Shown: positions 18,429 through 27,536 of the stretch, piece after piece
How positions within the stretch are numbered: position 1 is the first letter of the stretch
Layout: each line of letters begins with the position of its first letter
Assembly: GCA_964579265.1 (NCBI GenBank)
Contig: CAZOFO010000001.1
Location: 49,854-113,853, forward strand
Reading direction: 5' to 3'
Origin: Candidatus Micrarchaeota archaeon
Lineage (GTDB): Archaea > B1Sed10-29
DNA length: 64,000 nucleotides
Position numbers and translations under genes: made by a program
Notes under the pieces: model-generated
What the model was told of the DNA's origin: nothing
Database searches by the model: none
Seen by the model: only the letters and a program-made list of their open reading frames with translations

Positions 18429-18499
18429 GGCGCCGTGATGAGGACACCAGGCTGTTTGATTTCATTAGATGAAATCGACTTTGAGTACCGAGCGGCGTC
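18429..18499 (+). ncRNA. Box C/D-like sRNA (2'-O-methylation guide candidate)
   Basis: Terminal stem GGCGCCG/CGGCGTC; box C GTGATGA (18435-41), D' TTGA, C' AGATGA, D CCGA (18488-91); two guides of about 14-15 nt; TATA-like TTATTAAT upstream and T-tract downstream. Confidence 0.75.
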
Positions 18500-18509
18500 T
18501 CTGTCTTTT

Positions 18510-18725
18510 TTAATTACTTTTATTACTAATAAAATCTTTAATTACTTTTATAAAGAGTCCTAAGAATAGAATGTATATTGGCCACCACATTTCTTCGCTG
18601 CTTGAATATATGTGACCCCATAATATTCCTAATACAAATATCGTTAGAGTATATAGTATTATGAAGGATATTGAGTCCTCTATAGATTCAAATATATCGT
18701 CAGCTATGGTTTTGGCTAAGCCCAT
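18510..18725 (-). CDS. Small two-TM hypothetical membrane protein
   Basis: 71-aa ORF with two hydrophobic segments. Confidence 0.55.
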   Translation of the reverse strand: MGLAKTIADDIFESIEDSISFIILYTLTIFVLGILWGHIYSSSEEMWWPIYILFLGLFIKVIKDFISNKSN

Positions 18726-18776
18726 GTTTTTCTTCTGTTCTTTGTGTAATAAAATACTTTATCCTAAGTATTTTCT

Positions 18777-19196
18777 TTATATCTCTATTTTTTGTTTTGT
18801 AGGTGTTTCTATTTCTTCTATCTCTGTTTCTTCTCTATTCATTTCTTTAGCTTTTTCCAATACGTGGGTTTTATCTTGAAGTCTTTCTAAGGCTTCGTTT
18901 GCTTTTTCCAACGACTTACAAAGTTTTTCTATTTCATCTTTTGTTTTTATTACTTCTTCATTTGTTCCGTTTTCTCTTATTCTTTCTTTCGAGTCAAAAC
19001 TTTCTTCAGATTCTCTATTGTTGTCTTGAGTAGCTTGGTTTTCTTCTTTGTTTTTATAAGGGTCGTGTAGTACCTTTGCTTGGTCTTCACCATCGTATTG
19101 TTTTTTTCTCATTTCTTTCTTTTTTTGTTGGGCTTCCATTATCTTTTCTTGGGCTTCTTGTTCGTATTTTTTCATTATTTTGTTCATCAGCGGCAT
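18777..19196 (-). CDS. Hypothetical charged/coiled-coil protein
   Basis: 139-aa ORF, GGTGA SD, A-rich coding strand like neighbours. Confidence 0.7.
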   Translation of the reverse strand: MPLMNKIMKKYEQEAQEKIMEAQQKKKEMRKKQYDGEDQAKVLHDPYKNKEENQATQDNNRESEESFDSKERIRENGTNEEVIKTKDEIEKLCKSLEKANEALERLQDKTHVLEKAKEMNREETEIEEIETPTKQKIEI

Positions 19197-19408
19197 TTTT
19201 TTCTCACCTGCGTCACCGTTTTTTCTCCTGTGTTGACAGGAGATTTTTAGATATATAGGATAAGGGAAAAATCATTTATAAAACTTTTGTTCAATTAGGT
19301 TTAACTTTTTCAGGTTGATCGATGGTCATCGTGTTGTTTTTGAATCTCTTTTGTTTATAGGAGGTGTATTTTAATGTTTTTTCTCTGCAGAGTTTCTTTT
19401 TATTTTTT

Positions 19409-20092
19409 TTATTCTTCTAGTTCTCTTTTTATTTCTTTGAAAGTGTTTATAAATGTGTATGCTTCTTTTTTTTCCATATAGGATTTGTTTAATGTTCTCT
19501 TGAATATTTTTTTAGTTTCTTCAGTTTTTTTGATTTCTTCTAGTTCTTCTATTACTTCTTCTATGTATTTGAACAGTGTTTGTTTTTCTTTGGATATATC
19601 TGAAGATTTTGATTCTTTTTCTGCGTTTCTGAGTTCGTATAGAAATATGGTGGCTGCATGGGTTATGTTCATAACTGGATATTCTTTACTTGTTGGTATG
19701 TGGGCTACTACATCGCATTTTTTTAGTTCTTCGTTGTTTAGTCCTTTTCCTTCTCTTCCTAGTATTAATGCGTTTTCTCCTTCTCCTTTTTCTATATTTT
19801 TTCTTAGTTTTTTCGGGGTTAGGTAGGTTCTTTCCCATTTGTAGTTATCTGGTATTTGTCCAGTAGTGCCTATCAAGTTTTCAACTTCTTCTTTAACTTC
19901 TTCTAGGTTTTTTAGTCTTCTAGCGTTTTTGATTGTTTCGTAGGCGTGTTTTGCTCTTGCTTTTACTTCTCCGTTTTCAACTTCGCATTGGGGATTGATT
20001 AGAATTAGTTCTTTTTCTCCAAAATTATTCATTGCTCTTGCAAGTGCTCCGATGTTTCCGGAGGTCTCTGGCTCCACGAATACTACTTTCAT
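19409..20092 (-). CDS. trmJ: TrmJ/TrmH (SPOUT) family tRNA methyltransferase
   Basis: VEPETSGNIGALARAMNNFG, ILGREGKGLNNEEL, HIPTSKEYPVMNITHA. Confidence 0.92.
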   Translation of the reverse strand: MKVVFVEPETSGNIGALARAMNNFGEKELILINPQCEVENGEVKARAKHAYETIKNARRLKNLEEVKEEVENLIGTTGQIPDNYKWERTYLTPKKLRKNIEKGEGENALILGREGKGLNNEELKKCDVVAHIPTSKEYPVMNITHAATIFLYELRNAEKESKSSDISKEKQTLFKYIEEVIEELEEIKKTEETKKIFKRTLNKSYMEKKEAYTFINTFKEIKRELEE

Positions 20093-20373
20093 ATCTTTCT
20101 CCTGCTTTTCTTTGTTTTCTGTTTTTTGCTCTTTTCTTCTTTTTCCTTTAATCTCTTTTCTATTTCTTCAATTTTTTTCTTTTTCTTCTTTGTTCTTTCT
20201 TTTCTTTTTAGTTCTCTTATTTTTTCATTTGTTCTTGATATTTTTGAACCTAGTCTGTTTACTTTTTTTACATTTCCATTTCTTCTTGCTTTAGCGTGTT
20301 TTTTCTCTAATTTTCCAAGTCTTCTTTTATTCCAGGATAATCTGAGTTTTGTTAAAAAGCCCATTTTGTTCAC
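20089..20373 (-). CDS. Small Lys/Arg-rich hypothetical protein
   Basis: ORF fits the operon between the PIN-like gene and trmJ (4-bp overlap); GAGGTG SD; likely start ATG 20364. Confidence 0.6.
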   Translation of the reverse strand: MNKMGFLTKLRLSWNKRRLGKLEKKHAKARRNGNVKKVNRLGSKISRTNEKIRELKRKERTKKKKKKIEEIEKRLKEKEEKSKKQKTKKSRRKI

Positions 20374-20386
20374 CTCTAGTATATTT

Positions 20387-21067
20387 TTATCTTTTACCTT
20401 CTATTAAGTGCAGGTAGTCCTTTATTTCTTTGTTTTTTATCCCGCATCCTGCGAATTTTGCTGCATATAGACTTCCTTCTAGTATTTCTCTGTTTTTTTC
20501 CGGGAAGTAGTTTTCTTCATAAGCTATTGCTATTATCTCTGAACTTCTCATCACGTTTATTTCTTTTGTTTCTTCTCTTATTTTTTTCTTTTTCTGATCA
20601 TTTATCTCTATGTCTATCTTGGATTCTGATTGTATGTATTCTTTCAGTTGATTTATGTTTTCTACTAGTAATCTAGTTGTTCTTTCATCTATCAGTAAGT
20701 TGTGGGTGTTTAATTCTTTTAAAAGTGCTATGGTTCTTGCTTCTCCTTCGTGGACTATTTCTATCGGTTTTTTATTCTTTTGGTTTATTAATAATTGATT
20801 GCTATCTTTTTTTATTTGTTCAGATTTCTTTTTTGCTTTTTCTGTTTTTTCTACTTCTATTATACCTTTATCTATTAGTTCTCGAAACTTTATTGCTTTT
20901 AATTTAAATTCTTTAGTTTTCATTGGTTTGTTTACTATTTCCTCTTTAACTGAATGAGGGACTATGAATTCGGTATTGTGTTTTTCTTTTAGATAAGGAA
21001 GTATTCCTAGGGCACATATGTTTCCAAGTGATATTAGGCTACTTGAATCGCAGATTAATTTACTCAT
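20387..21067 (-). CDS. PIN-fold protein (DUF3368-like)
   Basis: ICDSSSLISL, VKEEIV, HEGEARTIAL, LLIDERTTR acidic PIN-type motifs. Confidence 0.75.
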   Translation of the reverse strand: MSKLICDSSSLISLGNICALGILPYLKEKHNTEFIVPHSVKEEIVNKPMKTKEFKLKAIKFRELIDKGIIEVEKTEKAKKKSEQIKKDSNQLLINQKNKKPIEIVHEGEARTIALLKELNTHNLLIDERTTRLLVENINQLKEYIQSESKIDIEINDQKKKKIREETKEINVMRSSEIIAIAYEENYFPEKNREILEGSLYAAKFAGCGIKNKEIKDYLHLIEGKR

Positions 21068-21693
21068 TTTTCTCTCCTTTTTTCTTTTATTATGTTTTTT
21101 GACTTTTGATACCTTTTTTCTATTGGTATGGTTAATGTGTGTTCTTTTTCAGGTATTCTGGTTGCTCCTAGATAGGGTAAGAGTTTTTCTTGACTGGTCC
21201 CTGTTATTTCTACTGAGGATTTTAGAGATAATCCTAGTGAGTATAGTCTACTAGCTTGTTTTTTCCTACCGTGGTCTATTACTCCTTCGATGTAGTTTCC
21301 GGCTTCTTCGTTGAATTCTTTAATTATTTTCTTTATATTTTCTAGCATTTCTCTTTTCTTTTTTGTATTCTCTTCTAATTCTTTCTGTATCTTTTCTTTG
21401 AATTCGTTCCATCCTGGTTCTTCTCTGTAGTGTGGTTTTCTCAGGATCTTTGATAGGGCGTAAGCGATTATTGACATTTCTATTAATTCTTTTTCTCTTG
21501 TTATCATTGCTTTTTCTGTTATTTGATTGCTAATTTTTCTTAATTTTCTTGGATTGTCTTTTTTGAATGCTTTTTCTATGGATTTTAATTTTTTTTCTTT
21601 TTTCATTATGTCTTCGCTTTTTATTTCTTTCAGTATTTCTTTTTTTTCTTTCTTTTTTCCAAAGTTCTTTATTTTTTTCATTATTTTCTTCAT
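21064..21693 (-). CDS. Conserved hypothetical protein with a C-terminal HTH-like segment
   Basis: Operonic with fen and the PIN-like gene; ASRLYSLGLSLKSSVEITG..LLPYLGAT; start taken as ATG 21693. Confidence 0.7.
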   Translation of the reverse strand: MKKIMKKIKNFGKKKEKKEILKEIKSEDIMKKEKKLKSIEKAFKKDNPRKLRKISNQITEKAMITREKELIEMSIIAYALSKILRKPHYREEPGWNEFKEKIQKELEENTKKKREMLENIKKIIKEFNEEAGNYIEGVIDHGRKKQASRLYSLGLSLKSSVEITGTSQEKLLPYLGATRIPEKEHTLTIPIEKRYQKSKNIIKEKRREK

Positions 21694-21706
21694 GTTTTTC
21701 TCTCCT

Positions 21707-22729
21707 TTAGAATTTTTCAAGATGGGTTTGTTGAGTCTCTTCTTTCATTTTTTTATTTATTTTCTCCACTACTTTTTCTACTCTTTCTTTGCTGAAGTCG
21801 TGTTTTTCCACTAGTAGTTCTTCTATTTCTTTTTTGTTTGGTTCTCCCCATTCTAGTTTGTATTTGTCAGTTATTTTGGGTTCTTTGAATATTTTCCTTA
21901 TTTTATCCAAATCTATCTCTGGTTCTTGGTTTTTTTCTTCATAGGCTTGTTCTGCTTTTTTTCCTTTTTTAACTTTTTTCAATGCTTTTTTTGGTCCTAT
22001 CCCTTTTATTCCTTTGTTGTAGTCTGTTCCTGTCATTATTGCTATTTCTATTAGTTTTTCCTGGTCTATACCTAGTTCTTGAAGTGTTTCTTTTAGTTTT
22101 ATCTGTTCTGGTTTTATCTCTTTGTATTTGTCCTTGTTCGGTATTTTCCTTTTTCCTGTTATTGTAAGATTTCTCACTAGTATTGGCGTGCCGTAGATAA
22201 GTGAATCGTAGTCTTGACTGCTAGATGCCCATACGTCTCCTTTTTTACATATGTAAGATGCTTGGGCTTCTCCTTCTCCAGGGGCTTGTACTATAGGTAT
22301 ATTCATTGCTTCTAGAAGTTTTTTTGCTGAATCCACCATTTCTTTTTTCAGTTTCACTGATCCTTGAGCGTGTTTCCTTGCTTCTTTTTTCTTTCCTTTT
22401 TTTAGAGCTTCTTCGTATTTTTTTCTAGCTTCTTCTCTCTTTTTTTCTCTTTCATTTATCTCTTTTTCTTTTGGTTTTGGTGGTTCGCCGTCGAATACGT
22501 ATACTGGTTTAATATCTTTTTCTATTAGTTTTCCTGTCCTGTACAGAAGTCCTGACAAGTGACTGGTTATTCTGCCCTGGGAGTCTTTTAGAGGTTTACC
22601 GTTTCTTTGCCTTATTATTGATAGAAATTGATAGAGGGTGTTGTATGCGTCTATAGAGATTTTTCTACCTTTGAAGCTCTTTATCTCTTTTTCTTCCTTG
22701 GGTACTATGTCGCCGATTCCTACTCCCAT
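21707..22729 (-). CDS. fen: Flap endonuclease 1
   Basis: MGVGIGDI, IDAYNTLYQFLSIIRQ, TSHLSGL, EGEAQA, SQDYD, GTDYN, C-terminal PIP box QQTHLEKF. Confidence 0.98.
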   Translation of the reverse strand: MGVGIGDIVPKEEKEIKSFKGRKISIDAYNTLYQFLSIIRQRNGKPLKDSQGRITSHLSGLLYRTGKLIEKDIKPVYVFDGEPPKPKEKEINEREKKREEARKKYEEALKKGKKKEARKHAQGSVKLKKEMVDSAKKLLEAMNIPIVQAPGEGEAQASYICKKGDVWASSSQDYDSLIYGTPILVRNLTITGKRKIPNKDKYKEIKPEQIKLKETLQELGIDQEKLIEIAIMTGTDYNKGIKGIGPKKALKKVKKGKKAEQAYEEKNQEPEIDLDKIRKIFKEPKITDKYKLEWGEPNKKEIEELLVEKHDFSKERVEKVVEKINKKMKEETQQTHLEKF

Positions 22730-22870
22730 AAGGATCCCTATTATACTTCAGTGGTTTAATAGTAATAAGTCTTTTTCCAAATTTATTATTTGAATATCTC
22801 TACATTATTATGAGGTTTATGGAATGTAGGTTTAAATAAGTCTGAATCATTATTTTAATAAGGAGGAGTT

Positions 22871-23134
22871 ATGATGGGTAAATCGTCTAAGAGAAAGAAA
22901 AATAAGAAAAAAACAGATAGTAAGAAAAAAGGACTTGAGATGGTTTTTGATTATGTTAGAAGAGTTGATTATAATCTGAAGGAGCAGGTAAAGTATATAA
23001 TGGCTTCTGATGAGTCAAAGGTTCAGAAAATTAATAAAGTGGATCGTTTATTGAATGAAGCTACTATCCCGGATAAGAAAAGAGAAAAGATTCTTGAAGA
23101 TGTTAAGGAAAAACTTGAAAAAGAGAAGTATTGA
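22871..23134 (+). CDS. Hypothetical protein
   Basis: 87-aa ORF with AGGAGG SD and upstream TTTAAATA box. Confidence 0.7.
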   Translation: MMGKSSKRKKNKKKTDSKKKGLEMVFDYVRRVDYNLKEQVKYIMASDESKVQKINKVDRLLNEATIPDKKREKILEDVKEKLEKEKY

Positions 23135-23159
23135 TTTATTTTCATTCTTGTGGTGGTGA

Positions 23160-23241
23160 CGCGGGGACCGGGATTCGAACCCGGGAGACCGTAAGGTCAC
23201 TGGTTTAGCAAACCAGCGCACTACCACTATGCGACCCCCGC
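23160..23241 (-). tRNA. tRNA-Ser(GCT)
   Basis: Minus strand: acceptor GCGGGGG/TCCCCGC, anticodon arm CTGGT-TTGCTAA-ACCAG, long variable arm, G discriminator. Confidence 0.96.
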
Positions 23242-23297
23242 TTATTAGATTTCTTTTACTTCGTTTTTATCTTTATATGTCTTATTTGTTTTTATAC

Positions 23298-24005
23298 TTA
23301 TTCTTTCATTACTTCGAATGCTTCTTCCAGGTTGTTAACACATGTGACTTCTATTCCTGGGGTTTCCTGGTATTCTTCACACTGGCTTGCTGGAATTAAT
23401 ACTTCTTCTATGTTTTTTTCTTTAGCTACTTCTATCTTTTCGTCTAGTAGTGAAACTTTTCTTACGGATCCTCTAGATGTAAGTACTCCTGTTGCTGCTT
23501 TGTTATCCTCTAGTTCTTCTCTTGTTATTATCTGTTTTAGAGCTATCCCGAGGGACAGAGATCCGCTTGATCCTTTTATTGATCCTTCTGAAGACACGTG
23601 TATTAGTAGGTTTGTTCTGTTCAGTATTTTACCTGTTTCTTCTTCCACTGCGTCTTTCACATCTCTTGTTGATAACTGGAATGATGAATCGTAATGGTTA
23701 TTGTTTGTTTTTATGAATATATCTCCTCTTCCAGGGGTTGTAGATACTGTGAAGTTTATCATTTTCCCAGTCTCGTTGTCTGGGTGTATCCCTATTCCTT
23801 TTACACTTGTTTGTTCTTCTCGTAGCAATAAGTCTTCTGTATCTGTTCCCCATGGTTCCCTGATTACTCTTTCTTTTGTTATGTATTCTATTTCTTTTTC
23901 AGGGGTTTGTCTGATCTGCTGGAACATTATTCCTCCTAAAAAAGTTATCTCTGCAAGCACTATTATCGCTATTATCTTCCATACTTCGCTCCATGTTAGT
24001 TTCAT
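23298..24005 (-). CDS. Membrane-anchored Lon-protease (S16) proteolytic-domain protein lacking the AAA+ module
   Basis: N-terminal TM; PGRG, IKGSSGS (GPSAG-like Ser), AATG, LDEKIEVA (Lys), VLIP. Confidence 0.85.
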   Translation of the reverse strand: MKLTWSEVWKIIAIIVLAEITFLGGIMFQQIRQTPEKEIEYITKERVIREPWGTDTEDLLLREEQTSVKGIGIHPDNETGKMINFTVSTTPGRGDIFIKTNNNHYDSSFQLSTRDVKDAVEEETGKILNRTNLLIHVSSEGSIKGSSGSLSLGIALKQIITREELEDNKAATGVLTSRGSVRKVSLLDEKIEVAKEKNIEEVLIPASQCEEYQETPGIEVTCVNNLEEAFEVMKE

Positions 24006-24038
24006 TTTTTCCCTTTTTTTTCCTTATTAGTTTTAAGT

Positions 24039-24314
24039 GGTGGACGTGCCCAGAGGTTGCTGGATCCTCATCGTAGTCGGCTACCCAACATACACCTCAT
24101 CTCTGCGACCTTCTAGACACCCTGGATGTATGTTAGGGCTGCTCCCGCCAGGGCCTGACCCGGTTCCATACACCTAGAGTCCTAGAAGACAGAGAGTCGA
24201 CGGTGTATGATGGACCGCTACGTTTATTAGATCCAGCTTCCGCTGGAACTCGCCTCTCCGTATCGGGGTTTTGAGATTAATAGGAGACCCCTAACCTCCC
24301 GGCTCCAGTCCACC
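24039..24314 (-). ncRNA. ffs: Signal recognition particle (SRP) RNA
   Basis: Minus strand: terminal helix GGTGGAC/GTCCACC, Alu-like 5' domain (GGTTAGGGGTC..AAAACCCCG), helix 8 GGGTCAGGCCC-TGGC-GGGAGCAGCCC. Confidence 0.93.
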
Positions 24315-24540
24315 GTATTAATTTTTTCGCTCCGGGTAGTTAAATCCTTTTTCTTTTTTATGTTTTTCCAAAAAGTACTGCAATTATTTTACAAGCTGTT
24401 TTGGGTTAGTTAGGGGTCCTTTTCTCAGTCTGTAATTTGGAATTCTCTTTTTTAGACTGGCTTTTACCGAATCTTTTCCATGTTTAAACATAAGTAATAA
24501 AAAGTAGTTTAACCCAAATTTAATATGAGGTGACGCCATA

Positions 24541-25626
24541 GTGGAATCAATGGTAGAAAGAGCAGATGATGCTCATGAAGAAAAGAAAGAACAACAGGCC
24601 GAATTGATTGAAGGGCCCAACATACAAGTGATCGGAGCAGGAGGAGCAGGAAACAATACAGTTAACCGATTAGCTAGAATTGGTATTGAAGGAGCAGAAA
24701 TGATTGCAGTAAATACTGACAAACAGCATTTAGGATTAGTACATGACTCGGTTAAGAAAATACTTGTTGGACAAAGTGTTACTCAAGGACTAGGAGCTGG
24801 TGGAGAACCTACAGTAGGAGCAAAAGCCGCTGAAGTTTCTCGAGGCACTCTAGCAGATGCTATGGAAGGAGTAGACATGTTGTTCCTTACCGCCGGAATG
24901 GGTGGTGGAACAGGTACAGGAGCCGCTCCAATAATAGCTGACGTTGCAAAGGAACAAGGAGCAATAGTAATATCAATGGTAACATACCCATTCAAACTAG
25001 AAAAAGCTAGACTAGATAAAGCGGACGAAGGAATAAAGAAACTGAGAAATGCAGCTGACACTGTAATTGTAATAGATAATAACCGACTAGTAGAGTTAGT
25101 ACCAAACCTTCCAATGGAACAAGCTTTCTCAGTAGCTGATGAGGTAATTGCAAGAGCAGTAAAAGGAATAACTGAAACAATAACAACACCTTCTCTAATC
25201 AACTTAGACTACGCTGACGTTAGAGCAATAATGCAAGAAGCAGGAGTGTCAGTAATATCAGTAGGGGAAGCTAAAGGACACAGTAGAACTGAAGAAGCGG
25301 TTGAAGATACTCTAAAGAACAGCTTGCTCGATGTTGACTACGCTGGAGCACAGGGATGCTTGATACATATAACAGGCGGACCGGACATGACTCTAGGTGA
25401 AGCTAACGAGATAGGTGAAGAAGTAACAGAAGCAGTTGACCCAAGTGCAACAGTTATCTGGGGAGCTAGAGTAACACCTGAATACGAAGGAAAAGTGGAA
25501 GTAATATCCATAATGACAGGTGTACAATCACCCAATATTAGAGGACCGATGGGTGAAGGAATGGAGTCTTCTTCAGAGAAACAAGTAGTTAAAGAAGGAG
25601 AACTAGGAATAGATTACCTGAAGTAG
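24541..25626 (+). CDS. ftsZ: Cell division protein FtsZ
   Basis: [14 protein letters not shown], tubulin signature [15 protein letters not shown]. Confidence 0.98.
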   Translation: MESMVERADDAHEEKKEQQAELIEGPNIQVIGAGGAGNNTVNRLARIGIEGAEMIAVNTDKQHLGLVHDSVKKILVGQSVTQGLGAGGEPTVGAKAAEVSRGTLADAMEGVDMLFLTAGMGGGTGTGAAPIIADVAKEQGAIVISMVTYPFKLEKARLDKADEGIKKLRNAADTVIVIDNNRLVELVPNLPMEQAFSVADEVIARAVKGITETITTPSLINLDYADVRAIMQEAGVSVISVGEAKGHSRTEEAVEDTLKNSLLDVDYAGAQGCLIHITGGPDMTLGEANEIGEEVTEAVDPSATVIWGARVTPEYEGKVEVISIMTGVQSPNIRGPMGEGMESSSEKQVVKEGELGIDYLK

Positions 25627-25659
25627 GTTTTATTAGAAGAAAACCGGAAAAAGTAGTAG

Positions 25660-25710
25660 AAGGATTCAGGGACCTGCTGAAACAGGTTTTCCTGGTATCT
25701 TTATTTTTAT
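25660..25710 (+). terminator. Stem-loop plus T-tract between convergent ftsZ and site-2 protease genes
   Basis: CAGG-GACCTG-ctgaaa-CAGGTT-tt-CCTG followed by T-rich DNA. Confidence 0.45.
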
Positions 25711-25744
25711 CTTTTTTATCCAATTCTTAGTTTTTGCATTAGTT

Positions 25745-27031
25745 CTAGAAGAAGTAAGGAAGTACATTTATTATTAGCATGATAGTGACTATTACCGTTA
25801 ATATTAACGATACAATTTTACCTGTTTTCTCTGAATCTATCCCTGCTTTTTCACCGTAGAAACCAGCTATGTCTTCTGTTATCCTTGCTCCATCAAATAT
25901 AGCGAAGGGAAGGTAGTTTATAACTCCTATTAAAAAGTTAAGAAGAACTATCCAGGTAAATATCTCTATTATATGGTTTTTTATGAAGTACCCTGGTCCT
26001 AATATTCCTTTTTCCTCTTGTCTAACTGATATGCCTAGACTGCCGTACATATCCGTTTTTCCATCTATCTCTCCTTTATCTGTTTCTAGAGTTATCTCTT
26101 GTCCTGGTTCTTCTAATTCGTATATCTCTTCAATATTGTATATCTTTGTACCTGTTTCTAGTTCTCCATGGAAAGGAGACTCTTCAGGAACTTCAGTTAC
26201 TTCCCAGTACTCTATATTTTCTATTGCTTGTTGTTGTAGTCCTGGGGCTATGAAAAGTTGTAGTGGAAGTAAGAAGACTAATCCTATTGCAAATGCGGTG
26301 ATGAAATTATTCATGGATCCTATTGAATAGACTCTTGTTCTTTTCTTTTTAGATGTTTCCTCTAATTCTTCTTCATCTGGTTCGGTAAATGCTCCTATTG
26401 GAATTATACCTAGTGTTAACAGTCCCACTGATTTTACTGCTATTCCTTCTACCCTTGCTACTATGCCGTGTCCCCATTCGTGGACTATTAGTAGTATTAC
26501 CAATCCTATTAGAGCTGATATTGGCACTTGTAGGGGCACACCTGGAACTTCTACTCCTGGTATGACAGGAGCTACTCCTGGCATAGCTGCTTCTCCTGCT
26601 AAGAGGTCACTTATTATCATTCCAGATTGGTGTAAGAGAGCTAGAAATGCAAATCCTCCTATACCTGTGATTACAGTTACTATCCCTGAGACACTTGTAC
26701 CTATTGCTCCTGATGGGATTATTATGAATGCTATGGATGATATCAAAAATACTATGTAGTATAGAATTATTTTTCCTGCTTTTTTCTTTTGTTGGTAGAG
26801 GAGAAATATGGCTGAGATTAATCCAAATGAAAAAACTATCCCTAGATCAGCTATTGTTCTCCATAGTTTTTCTTTTTCTGATAGTTTTTCAATGATCCCT
26901 AGGCTTTTTTTAGTCTTCCATAGGCACAGAGGTCCGTGTATCTCTGCATTTGTTTTCTTTTTAAATATTAGAGCTGGTACTGTGGCTAATATAGCTATTA
27001 CTATTAGTATTATCGCTGTTGATGAAATCAT
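25745..27031 (-). CDS. Site-2 protease (peptidase M50) intramembrane metalloprotease
   Basis: HEWGH, GAFTEPDE, NYLPFAIFDG; multiple TMs; PDZ-like insert. Confidence 0.95.
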   Translation of the reverse strand: MISSTAIILIVIAILATVPALIFKKKTNAEIHGPLCLWKTKKSLGIIEKLSEKEKLWRTIADLGIVFSFGLISAIFLLYQQKKKAGKIILYYIVFLISSIAFIIIPSGAIGTSVSGIVTVITGIGGFAFLALLHQSGMIISDLLAGEAAMPGVAPVIPGVEVPGVPLQVPISALIGLVILLIVHEWGHGIVARVEGIAVKSVGLLTLGIIPIGAFTEPDEEELEETSKKKRTRVYSIGSMNNFITAFAIGLVFLLPLQLFIAPGLQQQAIENIEYWEVTEVPEESPFHGELETGTKIYNIEEIYELEEPGQEITLETDKGEIDGKTDMYGSLGISVRQEEKGILGPGYFIKNHIIEIFTWIVLLNFLIGVINYLPFAIFDGARITEDIAGFYGEKAGIDSEKTGKIVSLILTVIVTIMLIINVLPYFF

Positions 27032-27055
27032 TGTTTTTCTCTTTTTTTATATTTT

Positions 27056-27523
27056 TTAACTTTCTTTTATCTCTATTACGTCTCCTATTGTAGCTTTCTT
27101 CTTTTTTTTCTTCTTTTTCTTGTAATCTTTTGAGCTGGAGATCTTTCTGTATAATTCTATATCCAATTCTTTTTTTATTTTCTTTATTGTTTTTTCCAAT
27201 GGCTTTATTTTTTGGCTTTCTATTTTCTTGATGGTCGATTCTTTTTCGTTTATCCTGTTGGAGAGTTCTTCTTGAGTTATTCCTATTTTTTCTCTTTCTT
27301 TTTTTATTTTTTTTCCGTATTTTGGGATTAGTTCTTTCTCTGGCTTTTCTTTTCTACTTTTGTTTTTCTCTTTTTTCTTCTTTTTCTTCTTTTTTTCCTT
27401 TTTCTCTTTTCTTATTTCTTTTCCATGGTCTCTACAGTTTTTACATACTTTTAATTTTGAATTACCTACTTTAGTTATCCATCTTTGTTTTGTTTCTTTT
27501 CCACAGATTTCGCAGTCTTTCAT
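27056..27523 (-). CDS. Archaeal multiprotein bridging factor aMBF1
   Basis: Zn ribbon CEICG..VCKNC, Cro-like HTH (IKKEREKIGITQEELS), C-terminal TIGDV. Confidence 0.92.
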   Translation of the reverse strand: MKDCEICGKETKQRWITKVGNSKLKVCKNCRDHGKEIRKEKKEKKKKKKKKEKNKSRKEKPEKELIPKYGKKIKKEREKIGITQEELSNRINEKESTIKKIESQKIKPLEKTIKKIKKELDIELYRKISSSKDYKKKKKKKKKATIGDVIEIKES

Positions 27524-27536
27524 CTGGGATCATTTT

